The notes below the pieces were generated by a model. It was given only the letters and a program-made list of their open reading frames with translations, was not told where the DNA came from and did no database searches. A program made the position numbers and the translations under genes. Of a stretch of DNA of 64,000 nucleotides, positions 22,191 through 38,354 are shown in pieces. The stretch comes from Selaginella moellendorffii (taxonomy: Eukaryota > Plantae > Lycopodiophyta), in NCBI RefSeq assembly GCF_000143415.4, contig NW_003314271.1, positions 310,001 through 374,000 on the forward strand, given 5' to 3'. How positions within the stretch are numbered: position 1 is the first letter of the stretch; the number at the start of each line of letters is the position of its first letter.

Positions 22191-25100
22191 ACAGAAACAT
22201 ATCTATGAATGAAAACAGTCCAAACAATCTCATGGTGTTGCGAGAGCATGTATAAATGAATGAATGAAACAGACCTTTTAGCCCCAATGCTTGCACATAT
22301 TGATCTAAACGCACAAACGAAATTATGAGCTTATTCAGCAAGTTCAAAAGCTATCACTCACCAGCCCCTTCATCTTGCAGCTTTGCATTGTCAATAGAGA
22401 CCGTAGACTGCGCCATAGTACCAGAACAGTAGAAGAAGAAGGAAGGGATGCACAACAACCATGAGACCTTTGAATACTTATATATGTGAAAAATGTTTTT
22501 TTTTCCTGTGTTGATGTTAACAAGTTGCAATTCCTACAGTGTATACTGTAGCAATTGGCGGTCCATGATAACGATAAGGACAACACAACAAATGTTTAAT
22601 GGTCAACATTGCAACTCGTGGAACAATGGAATTGGACCTATTCCTCACTCTCATTTAATGCTTGTGGGCCTAGAAGGGAGCAAAAGAAAAATTAACTAAA
22701 ACAAAATTTGAGGGTCTTTTTTTGTCTCACAAGTGAGGTGCAATGAGTCTTATCCACTCACTTTAGCCCTCCCTCACTCCCCTTCAGCAATATAAATGTT
22801 TTCACTTGAAATATGATCATGGACCTCATTTAAGCATATGCCCATTCTTTGGTGGAGATGGGAGTACCATTATGAATAAGCTGGGTCCATTAGTCATTCT
22901 AGATTGTTGTGGTGGCTGTTTGAGTGACTTGGAATGTCACATAATTTTCATTTGAAGCTGTGGTAGTTTCATGGGACAAGACTATGTGGTGTTGTTTTGT
23001 TTTAAGCTGTGGTAGCTTGATTCAATCAACCAAAGATGGAATGCTTGTTTTCTGTCTAAAGACTGGTTAATGTACAGTAGTTGGAGTTGTTAACACCCTA
23101 TTGTTCTCGCATTGAAATGCAGGCTTCTTAAGCAGTTTTATGGTGGCAAACAGTGGCAAAGAAAGGACCTCTACTCGTGATCATGAGCAGGATCTGACTA
23201 GCGATGTCCTGCAACTTGAGGATGGTAAAGTTCTTGACATAGCCAAGAAGGTGATAGGATCAGGAAGACGCTTCTAGATTTGATGTGTGATCCTCAATTA
23301 CCAGGTGACTTAGTGAAGGGGCACTTTTGAATGTGCTGCGTGGAACAAAAAGGTAAAGGGAGAGGAAATAATAAATGCTTTGTGCATATCTCTAGATAGA
23401 GAAGCATAACATTAGTTTGTTTCCCAAAGGAGCAAGGATTATATGAAAACTTGAGAAGAGGTGGTGACTTGGTGTAGGTAGCTATTGCAACTTGGCAATC
23501 CCACCAACAGGTGCAGGAAGTACAAACTTGACAAACCTGTGCAAGTCTATCAGGCAAATCTATTGCATGTGACTCATATTCTAAACTAAGACCTAGATGA
23601 AGTTGATTCCATGGCATGACAAATCTTTTACAATGTATTGTTACAGTGAAGGCATGGGTTGCAATATATAAGGATAAACCATTACAAATGTTCTTTCAAG
23701 TGGCAAAAGAGGGGATTAGCGAAGCTAAGGCTACTTGCAAGCTAATGAATGTCTCATATGCATCAAAATCAAATAAGAATGAAGAGTCTAGGTAATAAAT
23801 GGTGAAAATCAAATGTGGCTATTTCTCTTCAAAAGGAAGTTCTTTCAAGAGTTAGGGGAAGAGAGTATTTTTTGGAGTGATGATCATGATGATAGCTGCT
23901 ACAATTTATGGGAAGTGGCCATATTTGAAGAATTAGTGAGTATAATGACATGGGGAAGTTAAAAATAATGAACAATGAGTCTTACAGAGTTCAAGGATAA
24001 TGAAGATCCAGTTGAGGGTTGGAGCAAAGGAGGGCTCAAATGAGTTGGTGGGGTGTAGTTTTGGTCTTTTCTTTAAACATTTTTACTTTATGGACCTATT
24101 ATGCCACTATATTAAAGTTATGTTTTGATGGATGTGGCATTTAGAGTATGACATAGATATTTCTTAAAAGTTGTGGAAGGAATTTACACTGAAGGATAAC
24201 AAGGATCTAGAGGAAATCAGCTACTATAAAAAAGAGGGCAACAATAGGGAAGGGTTAGGTTATGTCTCGGGCTTGGATATAATTGCCTTTGGAAAGTTGT
24301 TAGATGAGAGATCTAACTTATGGATTAGAAGTTAAACCTCTATATACTTGCTTGTGAGCTTGTAATGTGTTGTGTCTTTAAGGTTAGAGCAATTAACAGT
24401 GTTTAAAAGCATTTAAAAGAGTTTTTGGAGTGAACTTTAAAGTGTTTTAAAGAGTTTTAATTATAGCTTATAAGCAATTTCATAAAGTCATCTTTATTTT
24501 CTTTTCTTTGAATCATATGCAATAGAATCTACATGGCACTCCTAATCTCAATTCTAGTAGAGACCCTACTTGCAAATCCAATTGAATTTTGTGAGCTATG
24601 AATATAATGCCATCTTTCCTTGGTTGGGGTAAGTTTTTAGTAAATAAAGTTTCTTAAATTTTTGTGTGAGGAAACTTTTGGCTAGGAATTATGAACATTT
24701 GCAACATACTTAAAGAACTATATGGTGGTAGATTTAATAAGGTTTAGACTCTATTTATCTTGTTAGCAGCCTTGCTATCATCTACTTGCTACTGGGTATC
24801 TCTACTTGAAATTTTGAACATACATTTGAGATAGATATAATTTAAATTCAACTAGTCATGCTCTTGCTGTTCTCTTCTCTAATCTTATGAAATCACACAC
24901 ATTCTTCTTCTCTCCTCAAGCAACTTATATTTGAGCTCAAATTAAATTAGTAAGGAGTTCAATAGTTTTGAGGGTGAGTTTGAAGTTTTATATGATATAA
25001 AGTGTTCTTAAATCTATCATCTAATTCTCTTTCATCTGCTTTTTCCTCTTTCTAGAATATTTATTTTGTCTTAGACTGAGCCACCTTCTTATCACATTAT

Positions 25101-25830
25101 TTCTTCATAATTTCTAGTATTCTCTTTTACTAACACATTAATCAGTTCTGACTCTCATTCTTTATCTAGCTTTTGTTCTTCCTTTTCCAAGGTTTCTTTT
25201 ATTCTTCCACATTGTTTCTTCCTTTATTTTCTTAATTTCTCCATGTTACTTCCTCACCCAATATCACCCAATACATATGTCCTCAATGATAAGTCCTCAA
25301 TAACCCAGTATACATCCACTAACCTGTCTATTTTGGTGAATTTGCCAATGAGCATTATGTAAGTTATCACCATTGGAGCACACCCATATCTTCAAGTAGC
25401 CTCTCAGCCTCATCGTGTTGTAAACCTTGCAAAACCTGTTATAGGTCACCACCACATCCAAAGAGCGAAAAGTACTTGGAAAATCTGCTGGCAAATGCCC
25501 AACTTAGTGAAAGTGTCTTACGGGGAAATATATTTTTGGCATAAAAGATGATCTCACGAATCTTTTTTGTTCAAGAGAACATTTTCCCTTCCAAATCTGT
25601 GATTAACGGCAAAGCATCCACACTTCTTCTCTATCATCTTCTCATAGCCTCTTCATGGCTCGTTTAAATTTGTGAGTCCAAGAAGTACAATAATGTTTTA
25701 GCTAGACGTGTTCCAGCCTCCTCGAGTAATTAGAAACATTATAATATCACGAATCAAACAAAGCTTAAGCATGCTTAGGTTTTAGACCAGAGGAGCCCTA
25801 AAATGTGGTAGGGCGCGGTGATTTGCGACG

Positions 25831-29051
<3,221 letters not shown>

Positions 29052-29265
29052 AATTCAATCTTACTGTTGAAATCGTCTGTTCTGCAGAATGATATATATA
29101 TATTCTTTATAAATTTTGCATCGCGAATACTGTACATACAGGTCATTGCCTATGTAAATTAAAGCGACGCGAGGTAACAGTTTTCTGGGAATCACTTGGT
29201 TTCTTCAGTAAGCTTTGTTTCATGGTGGCTTTTTTGTTTCTAATCCGGTGTCCAGAAAGTTCCAA

Positions 29266-31671
29266 ATGTGTTATTTACAGCAGCAGCATTCTAGCAGCAT
29301 CTCGTCGTTGCTAGCCGCACTGAAGCAATCGACACAGGCCAGAGATCTTACTGCCGGGAAACTCATTCATGCGCTAGCCATCAACACCGGCCGGGACTCA
29401 AACATCTATGTCGCAAACTCGCTCGTCAACATGTATGCCAAGTGTGCCTCATTGCTGGAAGCTCAAAGACTTTTCGAGAGGATGGCACAACGCAGCACAG
29501 CCTCGTGGAACACCATGCTGCTGGCATTTGCCGACAACGGGCATTTTGATCGGGTTTTTGAGCTCTTCACACTGATGCAGCTCGAGGGCTGTGACGTAAA
29601 CTCCCGGACTTTGGTGGCATGCCTCAAGGCCAAGTCGAGCTCGCGCTCTCGGGATTGGTTAGCATGGACAGGAATGGAAATTCACTCGAGAGCTTTGGAG
29701 CTGGGCCTGGAGCTCGACTTGTTCGTGGCGGTGGCATTGGTTGAGATGTATTCTAGATCTGGGAGCATGGACAGCGCATTCAGAGTTTTTGAGAACATCA
29801 AAGATCGCTGCGAAGTTGGCTCTTGGAACGCTTTGATGCTCGGGTATGTCGAGAGTGGTGATGGAGAGTTTGCACTTAAACTTTTTCACTGGATGCTGCA
29901 GGTTGCGTGTGTTCCAAACGCACAAACTTTCATAGCGGCGCTCAAAGCCTGTGTGAGAGTCTCGGAGCAACAGGAAGATCATCTCGATCGTGGAAGAAAG
30001 TTTTTGCTCTTGGAGAAAGTTATGGCTCTTCACAGCGAGGCAGTGAAACTGGGACTCGATTCCAACGTTCTCCTGACCAACACCCTCGTGGATTCGTACG
30101 GGAAGAGTGGAAGTTTGGAGGATGCCAAGAAAGTTTTTCACGAGGCTCCCTGCGATCGGACTCTGGTGTCTTGGAACGCTTTGATACTGAGCTATGCGGA
30201 CAATGGGAAAGGAAGAAGAGCTCTCGAGCTCTTTTCGAGCATGCCGTTCGAGCCGAGCACGCGGACTTTCGTCGCAGCAGTGAGAGCTTGCACGACCATC
30301 GCGACCGAAAACTCCGACAAAGACAACATAGATTTCACGGCAACATCGAAAGTGTTGGAGCTCGGGATGGCTGTTCACTCTCGGGCTGTGATGCTCGGCC
30401 TCGACTTGGACGTGTTCGTCGCAACCAGCTTCATCAACATGTACTCCAAGCTCGGAAGCATGGCAGACTCGCAGCGAGCTTTCGACCGGGCCAGCTCTCG
30501 CAGCCCGGTTTCTTGGAACGCGCTCATTCTCGGCTACGCGGAAAACGGCGATGCGGAGAAGAGTTTTGAGCTCTTCTCGGCGATGCAGCAGGATGGAGAG
30601 GTTTCACCCGATGCTCACACTTTAGTTGCCGTGCTGAAGGCTTGCTCCAAGCTCGCAGCAAAAGAGAAGCCCCGGCAAGTCGATGGAAAGGTGGTGAAGA
30701 TGGTGAACTTGGAGAGATGCTTGGCGATCCACTCTCAAGCTAGGGAGCTTGCTCTTGGCCGATACGTGACGAACACACTGGTGGACTGCTACGCCAAATG
30801 CGGAAGTATGGTCGACGCCGAGCGGGTTTTCTGGAAGAGAAAGGAGCACATTTCTCAGGTTTCCTGGACAGTGATGATGCTGGGATACGTCGAGAATCAC
30901 GAGAGCGAGAAGGCATTGCTGCTGTTTGAGACGATCAAAGCCTTCGAGGATCTCCAGAGGCAAAGGATAACTTCTCTCCTCCTCGCGGCTCTCAAGGCCT
31001 GCTCGAGCTTGGCGGATCTGAGGGCCACCAAGTCGATCCAAGCTCAAGTTTTTAGACGCGCTACCATCGACGACGACGACGACGATCACGATCACGGCGA
31101 CGCAGCAAGCAACACCGTCGTGAGCTCTCTCATCCACGCCTTTGGAGAGTGTAGCAGCATGATCGACGCCCAGCTCGTCTTTGATTCATTCCAGCCTCCG
31201 AAGCTCGACGTCGTCTCCTGGAACTCACTCATGGCTGGATTCTCTCGCCAGGGAAACTCCAAGATGGTCTTCCAGATCTTCCGCGCTCTTCAGGACGAGC
31301 AGCGTTTCCATCCCGACGGTGCCACCTTTCTCAGCCTTCTCACGGCTTGCAACCACGCCGGTCTCGTCCTCCATTGCAAGAGATACTTCCATGCCATGGA
31401 GGAGTTTGGAGTGATCCCAGGGATCGAGCACTACCACTGCGTGGTGGATCTTCTCGCGCGAGCAAACGAGATGGAGCAAGCGGTGGCGGTGCTGGAAAGC
31501 ATGCCTATGAGAGCTACTGTGGTGACTTGGAGGAGTCTCCTCGCGGCTTGTCTCAAGTGGAAGAATGTGGCGATCGGAGAGTTTGCGTTTCAATCGCTTA
31601 TGGAAGCATCGCAAGGAAATGATCCGGCTGGCTATGCTCTCGTGACAAGCTTGTATAGAAGCTGTTCATAG
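29266..31671 (+). CDS. PLS-class pentatricopeptide repeat protein with partial E domain, no DYW; intronless
   Basis: Repeated NSLVNMYAKCxS/SWNxxxxGY/ALKAC motifs; LLTACNHAG, HYHCVVDLLAR, WRSLLAAC; ends YALVTSLYRSCS*. First ATG 29266. Confidence 0.92.
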   Translation: MCYLQQQHSSSISSLLAALKQSTQARDLTAGKLIHALAINTGRDSNIYVANSLVNMYAKCASLLEAQRLFERMAQRSTASWNTMLLAFADNGHFDRVFELFTLMQLEGCDVNSRTLVACLKAKSSSRSRDWLAWTGMEIHSRALELGLELDLFVAVALVEMYSRSGSMDSAFRVFENIKDRCEVGSWNALMLGYVESGDGEFALKLFHWMLQVACVPNAQTFIAALKACVRVSEQQEDHLDRGRKFLLLEKVMALHSEAVKLGLDSNVLLTNTLVDSYGKSGSLEDAKKVFHEAPCDRTLVSWNALILSYADNGKGRRALELFSSMPFEPSTRTFVAAVRACTTIATENSDKDNIDFTATSKVLELGMAVHSRAVMLGLDLDVFVATSFINMYSKLGSMADSQRAFDRASSRSPVSWNALILGYAENGDAEKSFELFSAMQQDGEVSPDAHTLVAVLKACSKLAAKEKPRQVDGKVVKMVNLERCLAIHSQARELALGRYVTNTLVDCYAKCGSMVDAERVFWKRKEHISQVSWTVMMLGYVENHESEKALLLFETIKAFEDLQRQRITSLLLAALKACSSLADLRATKSIQAQVFRRATIDDDDDDHDHGDAASNTVVSSLIHAFGECSSMIDAQLVFDSFQPPKLDVVSWNSLMAGFSRQGNSKMVFQIFRALQDEQRFHPDGATFLSLLTACNHAGLVLHCKRYFHAMEEFGVIPGIEHYHCVVDLLARANEMEQAVAVLESMPMRATVVTWRSLLAACLKWKNVAIGEFAFQSLMEASQGNDPAGYALVTSLYRSCS

Positions 31672-32900
31672 CAAAAGAATTTATATCATTCTTATTATTT
31701 TGGCAATCTGACTTTTATTAACCACAGTTCTTGGGATTGCTTTTTTTGCATTGTTGCAAGCTAGAGTGATACATCAAGTGTGAACGAGAATGGGTTCTTG
31801 CTGGGTGATTCTTTGCTTGCTAGGTTTCTTGAAGATTCTGGTATGGTAACTGGTTTTCTTGAATTTTTTTTAGTTTTTATTTAAAACAATAAATTAAAAT
31901 TTTCGTATTCATAAAAATACTGAAATGATATTCTAATGTGTTTGAATATTCTACTCTAAATACCAAGAATATTTCTCCCTTTTTAGAAAATAATTATTGA
32001 GCGTGACTGATTTATTACTATGATTATATCACACTAGTTTTTCAATAGTAATATTAACATTATACATCCCTTCCCAAGGCTCCTTGTTAATGATGCAAAC
32101 ATAAGAAGATAATTGCCGACCATTGGCCAAATGCCCACTATTAACGTACAGTGACCAGTGAATCACACAAGAGTTTAAAACACATATCAAATGTTAAGAA
32201 TGCCCCTTTTGAGCACATCCGAGAATGCCTTCACCTCCCATCACAACACTCCTAAACCAGGAGGTGGCAACCTGTGGTTTAGCAAACAAATCCTACCCAT
32301 TAAAACGAATGATAATAAAATCTGGATCATTATAAAAAAAACAAAGCTGATTTACTTAACAGCAAACCAAAAGAGATTATAAATAAGCTTATAGCGACGC
32401 GCGACCTGTAAAACGCTCAATTCTACCCTCTAGAGCAAACACAAATCAAAAGCGAAACGGCAATCAGAACTCAGCTAAGATAGGAAATTTGAAGTGACAA
32501 ACTGAGCTAACAAAGGAATCGATCGCCCAAGACATCCCCAGGCAACGTTGAGGCTACCCAAGCGTGCTCGACACCTTTTTCTTCGGCCTGCTTCTAGCAA
32601 CAAAGAAACTGAAAGGAAAATGCCAGAGAAGGAAGACCATCTTTAATCTTCCATAAAGAGTTTTCAAAATGTGGTCCAGTCCGCAGTTGAAGGCCTCATG
32701 AATTCTGATTTTCGCTCCAGCAAAAGTCTGTCAAAGTGTTTATAAGATGGAGTGTTCACCCCCATGTCTCGTGGGGCGTTGTGAAATGCTTTGGTCTGTT
32801 GCCTATATGCTTCAACGAGTCTAAGAATGTCCCCTCATCCCCTGGACTTGCTGCAAATGCAAATGCCGCAAGTGTTCCAGATGGGGATGCAGGCAGCCGA

Positions 32901-33034
32901 ATGTTTGGCAACATCGACTGGAGAACTTTGGGAGCCACCACACCTGTGAAAGATTGCAAAGTAAGTCTTGGACCTCAACTTCAATCTTGTTTTCTCACCT
33001 TATCTTTATGAATCTGGTAGCTGGGCTTTAGCAC
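32901..33034 (+). pseudogene. Papain (C1A) cysteine protease N-terminal fragment
   Basis: NIDWRTLGATTPVKD, then a GTAAGT donor and a decayed SCWAF-like remnant. Confidence 0.6.
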
Positions 33035-33067
33035 GCAAAGTTTGAAATCAACGAAATAAATCTGAAG

Positions 33068-33300
33068 CTAAATCCTCCTGGAGCACGGAACTGGGGGTGA
33101 TGGCGGTGGTCGAGGAGAGGGTGGTGGCGGAGATGGCAGTCGCGGTAATGGAGATGGTGGTACCTTTTCTTTGACAGGAAAGTAGACGAAGCCATTCAAT
33201 CCACATCGACCCAGTGGGAGGTCATGGTTTCCATGCTGCAGCCTCATGTAGCCTTGCTCTCCCCAGCTTGTCTCCGCCGAGTTTTTGATAGTCCATGGCC
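33068..33300 (-). pseudogene. Papain (C1A) C-terminal fragment with Pro-rich linker
   Basis: WTIKNSAETSWGEQGYMRL...GRCGLNGFVYFPV followed by PPSP repeats. Confidence 0.7.
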
Positions 33301-34021
33301 CTCCCAGGTCCAGGCCCATGGTTTATACATCGATTTTGAAGATTTTATTTCGTTCTCTTGTTATGTGAGTATTATGCATGGTAAACACTAAAAAAAAATG
33401 GAGATGGGAGGTATCGATCCTCTTACCTAATCGTCGTACCTACATCCCCTTGCTTTGACAAATAATATTAGATTAGTGTAATCAAGGATAGTAGGAAACT
33501 TTTCTACGGCTGGTGGAACAAATGTATTGCTTCTGGACTTTAAACATGTCCATATTTTGATTTCGGTGTGGTCACTGGTAAGTATTGAGCCTTCCCTTCC
33601 ACATTCTGGTCCCATGACTAAATTCCCAAACATGTTTAAAAGAAATGGATTATGATAACGATTCGAATTGTATGGTTCACCTTGAGCCAAAAAGTCTCAT
33701 TCTTTTAGCACTTGATCATTTAGTCTTGGTGCTCTAGTTGCAAAGAGGAAGTTCCATCAACTCCTGATTTTGTGTTTGCTGCTGGTGTGAAAAAAGCATT
33801 AGAATTGGAGGCAGTTGTATACATCATTTACCAATACCACCATGACTCAATTCTACATCTCCTCCCAGCTAGAAAGAATCCATCCTTTAGTCTTCTGCTT
33901 GCTGAGTGACCTTTAGAGTATGTTTATTTCATTAAAAACATTTTGTTAAAAACAGAAAGGTTATATTAACTGATAAACACGTCAAAATAACCAATAATAA
34001 CATTATTTTAGAGTTGTCTAC

Positions 34022-36532
34022 TTATCGTCCATTTGTCAGAGAACCAATAGTGTCTTCTGAGTAGTCCATAGAAGGATCTAAACCTATGGAGAAAGAAGAA
34101 TTTGGAGATGATGGCTCAGGAAATTGTACAGTATCCTCCATCATTTGCACCACTTTCCCCATTGATGGCCTTGCATGTGCATCGTGCTGAATGCACCACA
34201 ATGCAACTTTAAGCAGCCTCTTGAATTGCATGAAATCCACTTCCTCCCCAACAAGCTTCTTGTCAACAATGCTTTCCATATCTCCAGCCTGATACATGTT
34301 GTAAGCCCAGTCCGAGAGACACCATCGGCTGTTTTCTGAGTTTATGGCAGATATCGTCATGATGTACTTCTCTCTGCCACTTATAATCTCGAGCAAAACC
34401 ATTCCAAAACTGTAGACATCCACTTTGGTTGTGATTGGAAGGTTGCTGATCCACTCAGGCGCAAGGTATCCTCTGGTTCCACGAACAGTTGTGACACTCA
34501 ATGCCCTCTCCCGTTTCATTAGCTTGGCCAAACCAAAATCCGCTACCTTTGGACAGAAGCTCTCGTCAAGCAGGATGTTTTGAGGCTTGATATCACAGTG
34601 GAGAATGCATTCCTGACATTCATCATGAAGGTATGTTATCCCTCTTGCAATCCCCAAAGCAATGCTGAATCGGTTGGCCCAGCTGCAAAAGTGCTTTGCA
34701 TCATCCAAAAAAAGTAACTTCTCTAGTGAACCATTAGGCATGTACTCATAAACCAGGAGCTTTCGATTGTCCTCATAGCAATACCCCAACAGCCGGACGA
34801 GGTTGATGTGGTGAATCTTGCCGAGGGTCTCCACTTCAGTTTGGAATTGTTTATCAGCTTGCATGGCCATTTCCAGTTCCTTGACTGCAACAAGGGTGCC
34901 ATTTAGAAGCCGCCCCTTGTAGACCGTCCCAAATCCTCCCGATCCAAGCTTGTCACAGAAGTTGTCTGTGAAAGTTTGCAGCTGCTGATACGTGAACCTT
35001 GCAGGCCCACTGCTGAAATCGAGATCCATCATGTTGTTACGTGCTCTAGCGCTTATGGTCCAGCAGAGCCCCACAACCAAGAGGAACACCACCAACACAA
35101 GTGTTGTAATGAATAGAGCAACTCGAGGAGCGTCTCTGAAAAATGGCCGATGGATCACCAGCCACTGGAAACCAGGAACGACAGTGGCATTTGCATTTGT
35201 CACGTATATGTTTGCATCTGGACTTTTTCCTGGATCTTTGGCAGAAAGCTTCAAGAAGAAAACGTTGTCCACGTCCAGGGACTGCTTGCCATTGAATAAA
35301 CCCGAGGGATCTAAACCCTTGAGCCAGCATATTCCAGCGCCAGCCATTTGGAAAGCAGCTCCGAGACACTCGCACTCCCTAAGGCATCTTTGGATACAAT
35401 CCTCCTGGGATGACGGAGTTGGCAGCGGGTCACTATTGTAGTCATTGTATTTGAAGTCCGTGCGTACAAGTTGGATCAGTTTGAAGTTTCTTGGATCTGT
35501 TGAGTTTTGGCCTGTGGGACACTTGGCCAATGGAGTGTTGTAAGCACAATCCTGTGATGAATCGGACGCATTTGTGGGGTGAAATCCCGGAGGACAGGTG
35601 CAAGTTGCAGTCGGCCGGTACGTGCAAATCCCGAATCGCCCACATTTTCCAAAGATGTTGCACTCGAGAAGAACAGCTTGCCAAGTTATGATCCATCGTT
35701 TGTTAATCTCATCAAGAGTGTAGATTCTCAAGTTGCCATCATCGTCCACGGTCAGCCTCCGGGTTAGACCAACTTTAGGATAATCAAGCGCATACCTCTG
35801 TGCTGTGTCATATACTTTGACAGGGTTTTTCCAGGAGCTGCCGCTCCCATCAAAGAAAGAAAGCATCCCACTAGTGCTGAAGTTGAGACGAGGACTGACT
35901 ACAGAATTGGCAGAATTGGATTGATTTTCATTCTCTATCCTCCAGTATGGTTCAAGCCAATATCCCTGGTAATAGAGTGCAACTTTACTCCCATCCATCT
36001 GAAGGAAATATTTTCGGTTATTGGAGACAAGCTGGGTGATTCCAATGAGCTGCTGATCAGGAAGAATGGTGTCCGTGGGGCGGTCAAATGACTGCCAAGC
36101 AGGCACTCCGTTGCTTGCTAGCAGCTCTAAGTTGCCATTCTCCTGAAGTAAAGCTTTTGTAACTGAGAGAGTTGTTGTAGAAGTTCCCCAGACAATTCCA
36201 GCAGCTTTGGAAGTGAGAATCAGCCGACCATCGGTCTGGAAAGCGAGCTGGTCGCATTTGATAAGCCCGATTGGAGAACCTCCAGTGTCATTAGACATTG
36301 CGCTCCAGATGACTGTGTTGGGCATTTTGGTGTACCATATTGAGAAACTATAGAGGGAAGATTTGGAGTCGAGATGCCTAAAGCCTGCACAAAAGGTGGC
36401 CTTGAGAGATGTAATCCATGGTTGGAGGTCTTCGCCTCTCACAATTGTGGTTGTTCCAGGACTTCCACCATCAGCTGCCACGAAAGTTAAAATGAAGGAA
36501 CACAACATGAGAATCCTAAAATAGAGAAACAT
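34022..36532 (-). CDS. G-type lectin S-receptor-like Ser/Thr kinase (B-lectin, EGF, PAN, TM, kinase; SD-2 type, non-RD), intronless
   Basis: Signal peptide; WQSFDRPTDT; RRLTVDDDGNLRIY; CNIFGKCGRFGIC; CIQRCLRECEC; LGSGGFGTVYKG; VAVK; ILHCDIKPQN; DFG; RGTRGYLAPEW. Confidence 0.95.
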   Translation of the reverse strand: MFLYFRILMLCSFILTFVAADGGSPGTTTIVRGEDLQPWITSLKATFCAGFRHLDSKSSLYSFSIWYTKMPNTVIWSAMSNDTGGSPIGLIKCDQLAFQTDGRLILTSKAAGIVWGTSTTTLSVTKALLQENGNLELLASNGVPAWQSFDRPTDTILPDQQLIGITQLVSNNRKYFLQMDGSKVALYYQGYWLEPYWRIENENQSNSANSVVSPRLNFSTSGMLSFFDGSGSSWKNPVKVYDTAQRYALDYPKVGLTRRLTVDDDGNLRIYTLDEINKRWIITWQAVLLECNIFGKCGRFGICTYRPTATCTCPPGFHPTNASDSSQDCAYNTPLAKCPTGQNSTDPRNFKLIQLVRTDFKYNDYNSDPLPTPSSQEDCIQRCLRECECLGAAFQMAGAGICWLKGLDPSGLFNGKQSLDVDNVFFLKLSAKDPGKSPDANIYVTNANATVVPGFQWLVIHRPFFRDAPRVALFITTLVLVVFLLVVGLCWTISARARNNMMDLDFSSGPARFTYQQLQTFTDNFCDKLGSGGFGTVYKGRLLNGTLVAVKELEMAMQADKQFQTEVETLGKIHHINLVRLLGYCYEDNRKLLVYEYMPNGSLEKLLFLDDAKHFCSWANRFSIALGIARGITYLHDECQECILHCDIKPQNILLDESFCPKVADFGLAKLMKRERALSVTTVRGTRGYLAPEWISNLPITTKVDVYSFGMVLLEIISGREKYIMTISAINSENSRWCLSDWAYNMYQAGDMESIVDKKLVGEEVDFMQFKRLLKVALWCIQHDAHARPSMGKVVQMMEDTVQFPEPSSPNSSFSIGLDPSMDYSEDTIGSLTNGR

Positions 36533-38354
36533 CAAGAGCAATTGCTATTTACTAAATGAACAGGGAGACACCAAAGTGAAATGCCTGCATTGTTTTTATA
36601 GCTGAAAGTTTTCTTCCCTGAAAGCTAAAAGTCATTCATTAGCTGGTCTCACCCGGATTATTTTGCGTCAGTCGTAGCCACTTGTGTATCCAGAAGTCTT
36701 TCAGGGAAAGACTTGAAAAGTCATAGTCTAGCATTAATGTTTGTAAAAGGACCCAGCATACATTAGTTTAGTCTAAAGCATCCTTTTATATTTAAAAGAG
36801 TAAGGGTGAGATTTTTTTCCTTTGTGTGTGGTTCAAATGAAAGACACGTAAAAAATGGTTACAATGGTTAACAAAAAATAGTTAAGGAAGCGAGTGCATT
36901 GGGAATTTGCTCTTTTGCTGGAAGCATTTATGGATTCTATGTTAGAGATTGCTAGGTCTCATTGTTTTACCATCTTAATATATGAATTATTGCTCACTAG
37001 AATCAGTTTTATCATGTGCAATTGACTTGTAAGGTTCGACTCTTCTATTTTTATTATTTTTCTGCACAAGAAAGCAGTGATGGCAAAGTGTGGGTGCAAG
37101 GGCTCATAGAAGGTGAGTATACAGGTTTGAGCATCAAGGAGAGGTTATGTGGATTGGATGTTGTCAGATGAAACGTTCACACATGTGAGAACTTGTTCCT
37201 TCTTTTTGTTTATTCTCACAATCTTTCCATTCCAAAAGCTAAGTATTACCTTCTCAAGCTGAGGGCGAGACTGATAATTATGTGAAGATTAACCTGTGGG
37301 AATGCGAACCTCAAGTGGTAAGAAATTCATCCCGTGGTATTGTAGCTCTTAATGTTAATCTGCAGAACTGACATTTTCCAATGTTTGAGGAATACAATCA
37401 CTTGCAATGTGAAAAGGAAGAAGAGAAGCGACGGATGTGGGTAAGCATTTGCTTTCCTACAGTTACATCTATGCGAAAAAAATCGTTTTCTGGCTGGCAA
37501 GATCACAAGCGCATCCAGGAGCAACTAATCACTAAGCAAGAAGCTACATCCAAGTCCTATCAAGCCCAACAACAAAAAGACTGCGGGTCTAGGCACAAGG
37601 CGAACAGTGCCGCCAGCGGCAACATACCGGCCAACGGCCGTCTATCCATGGGAGGAGGAGGAAGAGCCGGACATGCAACACCAGCTCCAAAGCTCGAGGA
37701 TAACAACACAGGGGGTCTGTCAGTGAGATCGCTTCTGCCACCCCCGATTATTGCCTACAGGTGCCTATCTTCTGAGCTTCCAGCCGACCAGAAGCCATTG
37801 ACGCCATGTGTCACAGCAGCAGGCTTCCACGAGAATCATCAACTCCGCAGACAGCTTTGCCAGTCCAGTGAAGTCGACTTCTCTATCTCTATATGTCAAG
37901 CACAACAACACTAGCATCGTGAATAACAGCGCAAATAGTTACACTAGCAAGATAATAGCAGCACCACTTTATGCAAAAACTGCGAGCTGCAAAAGAGGAG
38001 GTCACTCCAGTCGCCTCTAAGCAGCCCGATCAAGGGAAGTTTTCCTTTTAAGTATTGTCAGTGCCTCTAGGTCTTTCATATGCATGGAAATTGATGTGCT
38101 CTACACTCTTCCCTCGCAACAGTGACCCATAGAGATCTATACTTCCAAGAGCCTCTGTCAGCTTCCACTTGTTGCTAGACTTCAGTGCTAGCATACAATC
38201 CAGTCCTGTAGCCTGGCAGTGCAATGTTAGTGGTACTCTGTTGTATACATTGGAACCACATTCTAACTCTTATATACAATAACAGTAAATAGTATATATT
38301 AAGATAGTACTGATTTCATATTGGAGGTCTGATATTGCTCTCTCTGCTCTACAG

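Noticed and set aside
22700-25500. AT-rich tract that looks TE-derived
   Set aside because: No recognisable protein motif, LTR pair or TIR could be supported.
37381-37914. 177-aa ORF
   Set aside because: No domain signature; lies in the fragment tract.
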